Shown: positions 56,747 to 64,000 of the stretch, in pieces
Numbering within the stretch: the first letter of the stretch is position 1
How the letters are laid out: every line of letters begins with the position of its first letter
Assembly: GCA_963764165.1 (NCBI GenBank)
Contig: CAVXRD010000003.1
Span: forward strand, 640,001 to 704,000
Source of the DNA: an uncultured Verrucomicrobiae bacterium
Lineage (GTDB): Bacteria; Verrucomicrobiota; Verrucomicrobiia; Limisphaerales; Palsa-1400
Direction: 5' to 3'
Length of the DNA stretch: 64,000 nucleotides
Translations under genes and position numbers: made by a program
Notes under the pieces: generated by a model
The model's database searches: none
What the model saw: the letters and a program-made list of their open reading frames with translations, nothing else
Told to the model about the DNA's origin: nothing

Positions 56747-57793
56747 ATGAATCTCGGTTTTTATAATTTTTACCGCGAGCAAAACCAAAACCGGATGTTC
56801 GAAGAGGGGAAGGTCGAGTTGGGCGACGACCTTGGCTACCCGGGAATCTACATGGCCAAAAAGCTCAGGAGCATGGGCCATAGCGTCGCCACGATCGACA
56901 CCGCTCCCCTGGATTCGTTTGATGCCGTCGTCTTCCTTGATTATCCGACCCGCCTGTTCACTCCGCTTTACCGCGAACTTCTGCGGCGCGGCGACAAGCC
57001 GGTTTATCTCGTCATGTTTGAAAGCCCGGCGATGCGCCCGGACAATTGGTGGCGGCGCAATCATAAGCCGTTCCGCAAGGTCTTCACATGGAACCCGAAT
57101 TGGGTGGACGGCAAAAAATATATCCGGATGTACATGCCGCATAAATTGCCGGACTTTGCGCCATATGCGCCGTCGACCGCGCAGAAATTCTGCTGTTTGA
57201 TTTCGAGCCAAAAATACACGTGGGCCGGGCCGGAGCTTTACACGGAGCGGGTGCGCGCGATTCGATGGTTTGAAAAGAATCATCCGGATGAATTCGATTT
57301 GTACGGTCAGCGCTGGGACCGGTATTATTTCAAATCGAAATTGCTCTCGCCGCTGAACCTTTTTTTGTCGCGGATTTATCGGAGCTGCCCGTGGCTGCCA
57401 AAACAGAACCCGTTCCCCTCCGCGCGCGGCAAAGTCAACTCGAAGAAAGAGGTCCTGCCGAAATACAAGTTTGCGATCTGTTACGAGAACGCCAGTTACC
57501 CCGGCTGGCTGACGGAGAAAGTGCTCGACCCGATGTTTTGCGGCTGCGTGCCGGTATACCTGGGCGATCCAGAAGTGGCAAAGCTCGTGCCGCCCTCGGC
57601 TTTTATCGACAAAAGGAATTTCCCGAACTACGATAAGCTGTATTCCTATATGAAAGGCATGTCGCAAGCCGAATATGAGGGCTACCGGCAGGCCATCCAT
57701 GGATTTGTGCATGGCGATCGGGTCAAGCCGCTGGGCGCGGAAGCGTTCACGGACATGATCATTCGCGAAGTCATCAACGACAAAATCAAGTGA
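56747..57793 (+). CDS. Glycosyltransferase family 10 (fucosyltransferase-like)
   Basis: YKFAICYEN...WLTEK...GCVPVYLG GT10 signature. Confidence 0.9.
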   Translation: MNLGFYNFYREQNQNRMFEEGKVELGDDLGYPGIYMAKKLRSMGHSVATIDTAPLDSFDAVVFLDYPTRLFTPLYRELLRRGDKPVYLVMFESPAMRPDNWWRRNHKPFRKVFTWNPNWVDGKKYIRMYMPHKLPDFAPYAPSTAQKFCCLISSQKYTWAGPELYTERVRAIRWFEKNHPDEFDLYGQRWDRYYFKSKLLSPLNLFLSRIYRSCPWLPKQNPFPSARGKVNSKKEVLPKYKFAICYENASYPGWLTEKVLDPMFCGCVPVYLGDPEVAKLVPPSAFIDKRNFPNYDKLYSYMKGMSQAEYEGYRQAIHGFVHGDRVKPLGAEAFTDMIIREVINDKIK

Positions 57794-58212
57794 ACAAAAT
57801 TTATTCAAAATCCGAACCCGGCAAATTGCTGCACGTGATCGTGGACACGAACGAACCTTTCGATAATCGCCTCGACGTTTCGGAAATCAGCCAGTGGCTG
57901 CAGGTGTCCGTCATCAAAATCCCGGCGGGCAAGAAGGTGAATCCGCACATCCACCAGCCGCGCCAGCCGAATCCGGCTGCGAGCCCGGGCATTACGCAAG
58001 AATGCTGGGTGGTGGTGCGTGGCGAGTTGAAAATCCGGCTCTTTGATCTTGACCAAGCCCTGCTTCACCAGCAAGCCTTGTCGCCCGGAAATTTGCTGGT
58101 GACTTTTTATGGCGGCCATTCGCTGGAATGCCAAAGCGAGGGCGCTGTAATGATCGAGTGCAAGAACGGCCCGTATCTGGGCCGCGATTACAATTCGTTC
58201 GAGCAGGCTTGA
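57790..58212 (+). CDS. Cupin-fold protein (WbuC-like)
   Basis: PHIH...QECWVVVRG...GGH...ECKNGPY. Confidence 0.8.
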   Translation: MNKIYSKSEPGKLLHVIVDTNEPFDNRLDVSEISQWLQVSVIKIPAGKKVNPHIHQPRQPNPAASPGITQECWVVVRGELKIRLFDLDQALLHQQALSPGNLLVTFYGGHSLECQSEGAVMIECKNGPYLGRDYNSFEQA

Positions 58213-58238
58213 GCCAACGCCAGCGTAAAAGCCGGATT

Positions 58239-59471
58239 ATGTTTAGAACACAATGCTTAGCCTGCAAGTCGGCAGATTTGCACGAGATCGTGAATTTGGG
58301 AATGCATCCCATGGCCGATACGTTCATTCCCGCCAGCAGGCTGGCCGACGGCGACCGCGTCTACCCGCTCATCTGCGATTTGTGCGAGCATTGCGGCCAG
58401 GTGCAATTGCGCACGATCACCAATCCCGCGGAGCGCTATTCCGATTACGATTATTCCTACACCTCGTCCAATTCGCGCACGTCGCAGAATCATTGGATTG
58501 AATATGCGGGCACGGTGGCCGGAATGGTCGGATTGAAGGCGGAGAATGCGGTGGTTGAAATCGGATCCAATGACGGTTTTCTCAGCGAACAATTTCAGAA
58601 GCTCGGCTGCAAGACGCTCGGTGTTGATCCCTCCCCTGCCATGGCGAAGCTGGCTGCGGAGCGCGGGGTCAATACGCTGGTGGGTTTATTCGGATCGGAA
58701 TGCGTTGAAAAAGTGGTACAGATCCTCGGCAGAAAGCCAAATCTGATCGCCGCCAATAACGTTTTCAACCATGCCAATGATCCGCTCGATTTCGCCCACG
58801 GCATCAAGGCGCTGCTCGCGCCCGGTGGAACGTTTGTGTTCGAGCTGCCGTATTGGATGCAGTCGGTCGTGCAGCGGAAATTTGACCAGATTTATCATGA
58901 GCACGTGAGTTATTTGACGGTTAAATATGCGGTGAATTTGTTCAAGGCGGCCGGCATGGTGGTCAACCATGTGGACGAAGTGGATTACCACGGCGGTTCC
59001 ATTCGCGTTTTCGTCGGGCACGAAGCGGCGGCCTACCATGTGACGACGGCAGGGCCGACAGTTGAACAATTTATTGAGAAGGAAACCGAGGACGGACTTT
59101 TTGATCACGAGTCTTACGCAGTCTTCATGCAGCAAATTCAAACTTCGCGAAATCGGTTCCTGCGCGAAATTTACCGGCTGAAATTGGAAGGCCATTCCAT
59201 CGTTTGCGTCGGCGCGGCGGCCAAGGGGAACACGTTTCTCAACTATTACAACCTTGATGCGTCGGTCATCGATTGCGTGACCGAGTCTTCGGCCAGCAAA
59301 ATTGGAAAATTTACGCCACGCACCCGCATTCCGATTCGCGCCGACCAGAAGCTGGCGGAATACGAATCCGTCTACGCGATCATACTTTCCTGGAACATCT
59401 CGGCCGCGCTGCAAGCCATTCTCACCAAGATCAATCCGCGCATTCAATTTCTAAATCCTTACGAGCCATGA
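58239..59471 (+). CDS. NDP-hexose C-methyltransferase
   Basis: CxxC...CxxC Zn site, EIGSNDG, FDQIYHEH, HGGS, GAAAKGNT. Confidence 0.92.
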   Translation: MFRTQCLACKSADLHEIVNLGMHPMADTFIPASRLADGDRVYPLICDLCEHCGQVQLRTITNPAERYSDYDYSYTSSNSRTSQNHWIEYAGTVAGMVGLKAENAVVEIGSNDGFLSEQFQKLGCKTLGVDPSPAMAKLAAERGVNTLVGLFGSECVEKVVQILGRKPNLIAANNVFNHANDPLDFAHGIKALLAPGGTFVFELPYWMQSVVQRKFDQIYHEHVSYLTVKYAVNLFKAAGMVVNHVDEVDYHGGSIRVFVGHEAAAYHVTTAGPTVEQFIEKETEDGLFDHESYAVFMQQIQTSRNRFLREIYRLKLEGHSIVCVGAAAKGNTFLNYYNLDASVIDCVTESSASKIGKFTPRTRIPIRADQKLAEYESVYAIILSWNISAALQAILTKINPRIQFLNPYEP

Positions 59472-59869
59472 CACACACAAAAATCACTCCGGCCACCAGC
59501 GACGAGCGCGGCACTATTTCCGACATCCTCTACAAGTCGGAATTTCAGCACGCGGCGATCATTGAATCCAAATGCGGCGGCCTTATCCGCGGCAACCATT
59601 ATCACAAGGCAACCACCCAGCATATTTTCATCACGCGCGGCTCGCTGCGCTATTGGTATCAGCCGGTGGACAAGAGCGAGCCGGTCAAGTCCATCCTCAT
59701 GCAGGAATATGACTTGGTTTCCACGCCGCCCTTCGAAATCCACGCCTTGGAAATCCTGGAGCCGAATCAATTTGTCGTCTTCAGCAACGGCATTCGCGGC
59801 GGTCACGATTACGAAAGCGACACCTTCCGCGTCACTCCAATCCTGACGCCAGAGATGGTCAAAAAATAA
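59468..59869 (+). CDS. Cupin-fold sugar epimerase/isomerase-like protein
   Basis: DERG...RGNHYH...P..IHA. Confidence 0.8.
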   Translation: MTHTKITPATSDERGTISDILYKSEFQHAAIIESKCGGLIRGNHYHKATTQHIFITRGSLRYWYQPVDKSEPVKSILMQEYDLVSTPPFEIHALEILEPNQFVVFSNGIRGGHDYESDTFRVTPILTPEMVKK

Positions 59870-60771
59870 TGAGCCGGTTCCTGGTCACCGGCGGCAAAGG
59901 GTTCATCGGGAAGAATCTGACCCGGTTTCTGCAGGAGACTGCCGGGGCTGAGGTAACTTCCGTTGGCCGCGAGTTTGACCTCCGGGAAGCTGATCGCGTC
60001 TGCGAGCTGTTTCAGAAATTCGGCCCGTTCGATTACATTGTGCATCTGGCGGATGTTCAGGGCGACGCCCGCTGGTCGGCTCAGAACGCAGCGACGCAAT
60101 TCTTCGCTAACGCGAAAATTTCCCTCAACGTTCTCGAAGCGTGGCAGCAATTTCAACCTCGGGCGCGCATGGTCGCGCTGAGTTCGTTGTGGGCTTATCC
60201 CGAGGCGGTAGTGGAAGCGAGCGAGAAGGATTATTGGAACGGCCGCATGCACCGCGCGACCGAGCATTACGGGTTGAACAAGAAATTTTTCGGCGTCGGC
60301 CTGGATGCCTGCAAGCGCCAGCACAACTTGCGCGGCACCGCCCTCGTGCTCGGCAGCGTCTACGGCCCGGGCGACTCCACCACGCACGTCATCCCGTCGC
60401 TTTTGGGTCGCATGCAGAAAAATCCCGATCTCCTCGAAATTTGGGGTGATGGCACAGAGACGCGCGATTTTATTTACGTCGAAGACCAAATCCGCGCGAT
60501 TTATGAGCATCGCGATTATAACGGCGAGCTTTTGAACATCAGCAGCGGGCAGAGTTATTCCATTCGGGAAGTGGTGGAAATTCTGGCGCGGCTGATGGAT
60601 TACAAGGGGAAGATCGTCTTCGACGTTTCCAAGGCAACCGGCGCGGCCAAACGGCGCATCAACGTCTCCGCCGCCACCGAAGCCACGGGCTGGCCGGGCA
60701 AGTTCAAGCTGCATTCCTTGGAAGAAGGCTTGCGCAAAACCGTAAATTCATTAAAAACAACCAATGCCTAA
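59869..60771 (+). CDS. NAD-dependent epimerase/reductase, GDP-fucose-synthase-like
   Basis: TGGKGFIG, YGLNK, VYGPGD..THVIP, WGDGTETRDFIYVED. Confidence 0.85.
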   Translation: MSRFLVTGGKGFIGKNLTRFLQETAGAEVTSVGREFDLREADRVCELFQKFGPFDYIVHLADVQGDARWSAQNAATQFFANAKISLNVLEAWQQFQPRARMVALSSLWAYPEAVVEASEKDYWNGRMHRATEHYGLNKKFFGVGLDACKRQHNLRGTALVLGSVYGPGDSTTHVIPSLLGRMQKNPDLLEIWGDGTETRDFIYVEDQIRAIYEHRDYNGELLNISSGQSYSIREVVEILARLMDYKGKIVFDVSKATGAAKRRINVSAATEATGWPGKFKLHSLEEGLRKTVNSLKTTNA

Positions 60772-61732
60772 AAAAGCACTCATCACCGGAATCACTGGCC
60801 AGGACGGATCCTACCTGGCCGAGCACCTTTTGTCCCTCGGTTACGAAGTTCATGGTTTGATCCGCCGCAATTCGATCACCGAAAACCAGCAGAGCCGCCT
60901 GGATGCGGTCGCGAAAGACCTGCACAACGAATATGGCGATGTCTCGGACGTTTCGACCATCGACCGGGTGATGATGCGCGTCAAGCCGGATGAAGTTTAC
61001 AACCTCGCGGCGCAAAGCCATGTGCGCATCAGTTTTGATGTGCCGCAATACACGGTCCAAACGAACGCGCTTGGCGCATTGAATGTTTTGGAATCCGTCC
61101 GCTCCCATTCGCCAGCCGCCCATTTTTACCAGGCCTCCTCGTCCGAGATGTTCGGCAACAGCGTCGACCCGGACGGCAAGCAGCGCGAAACGACCAAGAT
61201 GTCGCCGGTCAGCCCATACGGCTGCTCGAAACTTTTCGCCTACAGCATCGTTCGCAATTACCGGCATTCCTACAAGCTGTTCGCGTCCAACGGCATTCTC
61301 TTCAATCACGAATCCCCGCGCCGCGCCTCGAATTTCGTCACCAACAAAATCATCAAGAACGCGGTGATGATCTCGCAGGGCAAATTGGACAAGCTGGAAT
61401 TGGGCAACCTCGATTCGCAGCGGGATTGGGGCCATTCCAAGGATTATGTTCGCGCCATGCATTTGATTTTGCAGCACAGCGAGCCGGATGATTTTGTCAT
61501 TTCCACCGGCCAGACGCATTCGATTCGCGAATTCTGTGAAATCGTCTTCAACAAGCTCGGCTTGGACTACAAAAAATACGTCGTTCAAAACCCGAAATAC
61601 ATGCGGCCCGAGGAATTGAATTATCTGTGCGGCGATTGCACGAAAGCGAAAAAAGTCCTCAATTGGGTGCCAGCCTACACTTTTGATTCGATGATCGAGG
61701 AAATGATCGAGAGCTGGCGCAAGGTGGTGTGA
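60764..61732 (+). CDS. gmd: GDP-mannose 4,6-dehydratase
   Basis: ITGITGQDGSYL, NLAAQSHV, YQASSSEMFG, ILFNHESPRR, RDWGH. Confidence 0.97.
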   Translation: MPKKALITGITGQDGSYLAEHLLSLGYEVHGLIRRNSITENQQSRLDAVAKDLHNEYGDVSDVSTIDRVMMRVKPDEVYNLAAQSHVRISFDVPQYTVQTNALGALNVLESVRSHSPAAHFYQASSSEMFGNSVDPDGKQRETTKMSPVSPYGCSKLFAYSIVRNYRHSYKLFASNGILFNHESPRRASNFVTNKIIKNAVMISQGKLDKLELGNLDSQRDWGHSKDYVRAMHLILQHSEPDDFVISTGQTHSIREFCEIVFNKLGLDYKKYVVQNPKYMRPEELNYLCGDCTKAKKVLNWVPAYTFDSMIEEMIESWRKVV

Positions 61733-61870
61733 ATGCAGGTGAGAATATTGCGGCGGACACGCAGATCCGCCCTACCCAAATTTGGCAGTGCGGTGCTGCG
61801 CCGCCGCCCAAATATTTCCCCCTGCGATCCCGCCCATAAAAATGCAAATTAAAAAATCGCAAATTGGGAC

Positions 61871-61898
61871 TTGTCAATTTCCAGATCACTGTTAGGTT
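61871..61898 (+). promoter_or_regulatory. Putative sigma70 promoter of rpmE
   Basis: TTGTCA-N16-TAGGTT with extended -10 TG. Confidence 0.5.
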
Positions 61899-61912
61899 GT
61901 CCGCCCTAGTTT

Positions 61913-62158
61913 ATGAGAGCAGACATTCATCCTAAATATATGGACGCGGAAATCCGTTGCGCCTGTGGCAACGTCATCAAGACCCGCTCCACCAAACCAT
62001 CCATTTTGGTCGGCATTTGCAATTCATGCCACCCTTTCTACACCGGCACCCAGAAATTTGTCGACACCGCTGGACGCGTCGATAAATTCCAGCAGCGCAT
62101 GGCCAAGACGCAAGCCGCCCAGGCTGCCGCCGCCGTGCCCAAGAAAAAGAAGAAGTAG
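61913..62158 (+). CDS. rpmE: 50S ribosomal protein L31 (Zn-binding type)
   Basis: MRADIHPKY...CACGN...[10 protein letters not shown]...GRVDKF. Confidence 0.98.
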   Translation: MRADIHPKYMDAEIRCACGNVIKTRSTKPSILVGICNSCHPFYTGTQKFVDTAGRVDKFQQRMAKTQAAQAAAAVPKKKKK

Positions 62159-62171
62159 GAGACTTTCGCTG

Positions 62172-62217
62172 AACCCGCCCGCGGACGCTTTGGCTTTCGC
62201 GGGCGGGTTGCTTTTTT
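62172..62217 (+). terminator. Terminator-like hairpin between rpmE and prfA
   Basis: aacccgcccgcg...cgcgggcgggtt followed by gctttttt. Confidence 0.75.
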
Positions 62218-62224
62218 GACGGCC

Positions 62225-63304
62225 ATGAATCTCCGCCCTTTCATTGAGAAATTCGCGCGCCGCTTGGGTGAGGTCGAAGCCGCCCTGAGCGACCCGAAGC
62301 TTTTTGACAATCCGGCCAAGTCCCAGGAAACGGCCCGCGAATACGCGCGCCTCAAGGGCTTGAACGAGGCGGGCGCGCGCTATCTCAAGGCGTCGGAAGA
62401 CCTCGCCCAGCACGAAGCTTTCCTCAAGTCGGAACCGTCCGAAAGCGAACTGGCCGAAATGACCCGCCAGGAAGTCGCTGAATTGCAGACGCTCATTCAG
62501 CGCATGACGAAGGAAGTCCTCATCGGCGTTGCCCCGCCCGACCCGGCCGATTCGCGCAATACGATTGTGGAAATTCGCGCCGGCGCGGGAGGTTCGGAAT
62601 CCGCCCTGTTCGCCGCCGACCTCCACCGGATGTATAGCCGCTACGCGGACTCGCGGGGCTGGAAAATTGAGAACATGGACAGCAGCCCGTCTGATTTGGG
62701 CGGGTTTCGCGAAATCATTTTCGGCGTGACGGGGACGGATGTTTTCAAGCGGCTCAAGTACGAAATGGGCGTCCACCGCGTGCAGCGCGTGCCGGCCACC
62801 GAGGCCCAAGGCCGCATCCACACCAGCACCGCAACCGTCGCCGTGCTGCCGGAAGCGCAGGAAGTCGATTTTGAACTGGACCCGGAAGACTTGGAAATTA
62901 ACGTCTGCCGCGCCTCCGGCAAGGGCGGCCAGGGCGTCAATACTACCGACTCAGCCGTGCAGGTTATTTACAAGCCGACCGGGATGATTGTCCGCTGCGC
63001 CGACGAGCGTTCGCAGCAAAAGAACAAGGCCAAGGCGCTTACCGTGCTGCGTTCGCGATTGCTCGAAATCAAGGTCGCCGAGGAAAACGCCATCTACGCC
63101 GCCCGCCGCAAGGAGCAAGTCGGCACCGGCGAGCGCAACGAGCGCATCCGCACCTACAATTTTCCGCAGAACCGCGTGACCGACCACCGCATCGAACTGA
63201 CGCTGTATAATCTGCCGCGTGTCCTTGAAGGCGAGCTGGATTGCCTCATCGAGCCGCTGATGGCGGACGACCTGGAAAAGCGGCTGGCCGCATTGGAATT
63301 ATAA
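62225..63304 (+). CDS. prfA: Peptide chain release factor 1
   Basis: GVHRVQRVPATE (PxT), GGQ, RIRTYNFPQNR. Confidence 0.97.
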   Translation: MNLRPFIEKFARRLGEVEAALSDPKLFDNPAKSQETAREYARLKGLNEAGARYLKASEDLAQHEAFLKSEPSESELAEMTRQEVAELQTLIQRMTKEVLIGVAPPDPADSRNTIVEIRAGAGGSESALFAADLHRMYSRYADSRGWKIENMDSSPSDLGGFREIIFGVTGTDVFKRLKYEMGVHRVQRVPATEAQGRIHTSTATVAVLPEAQEVDFELDPEDLEINVCRASGKGGQGVNTTDSAVQVIYKPTGMIVRCADERSQQKNKAKALTVLRSRLLEIKVAEENAIYAARRKEQVGTGERNERIRTYNFPQNRVTDHRIELTLYNLPRVLEGELDCLIEPLMADDLEKRLAALEL

Positions 63305-63305
63305 T

Positions 63306-63887
63306 ATGACCGAACCAAAAGCATTGATTTTCGACTGCGACGGCACCCTCGCCGACACCATGCCGCTGCACTGGATTGCATGGCAAACCGTGACAAAACG
63401 CTACGGCCTCGATTTTACCGAGGAGAGATTTTATTCGCTCGGCGGAGTGCCATCGCGCGACATTCTCAAGATGTTGAGCGAAGAGCAGAACAAGGCGTTT
63501 GATCCCATCGCCGTCTCCAAGGAAAAGGAAGCCGTCTACCTGCCCTATATGCCGACGATCAAGCCGATTGAAGCCGTCGTCCAGATTGCGCGCGAGAATG
63601 TTGGAATAATCCCGATGGCGGTGGCATCGGGCGGCATCAACACGCATATCAACGAAGTGTTGAAACACTTGGGCATCCGCCAATGGTTCGCCGCGGTCGT
63701 CACCAGTGAAGATGTCAAGAATCAGAAGCCCGCGCCCGACATTTTCCTCGAAGCCGCCCGCCGCCTCGGCGTTGAGCCGCAATTCTGCCGCGCTTACGAA
63801 GACACTGACCTTGGACTTCAGGCGATACGCGCCGCCGGGATGGAAGCGGTGGATGTCAGGCAACTCGGCCTGGCGAAGCAAGCCTAA
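63306..63887 (+). CDS. HAD-family phosphatase (YqaB/beta-PGM-like)
   Basis: FDCDGTLADT, KPAPD, EDTDLG. Confidence 0.92.
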   Translation: MTEPKALIFDCDGTLADTMPLHWIAWQTVTKRYGLDFTEERFYSLGGVPSRDILKMLSEEQNKAFDPIAVSKEKEAVYLPYMPTIKPIEAVVQIARENVGIIPMAVASGGINTHINEVLKHLGIRQWFAAVVTSEDVKNQKPAPDIFLEAARRLGVEPQFCRAYEDTDLGLQAIRAAGMEAVDVRQLGLAKQA

Positions 63888-63894
63888 CCTTTCT

Positions 63895-63971
63895 GGCAGG
63901 GCGAGACTCTGTCGAGCCCATTATGGATTTTGGGAGGGGAATTAATCAGGGCTCGACAGTCTCGCCCTACC
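63895..63971. repeat. REP-like inverted repeat, family C
   Basis: agggcgagactctgtcgagccc ... gggctcgacagtctcgccctac. Confidence 0.8.
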
Positions 63972-64000
63972 GGGATTATTTCGACGCCGTCACCGGCGCG

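Noticed and set aside
1..64000. CRISPR array or prophage
   Set aside because: No regularly spaced direct repeats, cas genes or phage structural genes; the holin-like gene at 14638 belongs to the yqjDEK-type operon

Overview
Bacterial chromosomal window, GC-rich, with a gene style resembling Verrucomicrobiota of the Pedosphaera/Limisphaerales type (inference from gene families, not from a marker search). Core genes bracket it: the 5' end of rpsL at the left edge, rpmE-prfA at the right. Between them lie: two small immunity-like genes; an ECF sigma factor / Ser-Thr kinase-WD40 / secreted beta-propeller module; a putative copper island; a YqjD/E/K-DUF2934 stress block; a ~30 kb exopolysaccharide/glucan region (Wza, a Wzc-like::Wza-like fusion, glycosyltransferases, Wzy/WaaL-like protein, deacetylase, an IS5-family element, two GH9 paralogues, opgGH, an ABC exporter); a sensor kinase/response regulator/GH2 operon; and a GDP-deoxysugar/GT10 cluster. 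The top candidate for an undescribed system is a two-gene operon at 11320-14024. One product carries both PmoC/AmoC metal-site motifs at canonical spacing plus a PmoA-like C-terminal half. The other has PmoB-like architecture (predicted N-terminal His, periplasmic domain, 2 TM helices, His-rich periplasmic domains). An orphan bufferin-like Cys-rich precursor and a His-rich lipoprotein lie next to it. Other highlights are a recurring TRGG-N7-CCYA palindrome upstream of many stress/EPS genes, a shared GTAAG-N15-GGTA ECF-type promoter, a MITE-like element, and a REP-like element inserted in frame into a GH2 gene. All family calls come from visual motif recognition, and no database searches were run.
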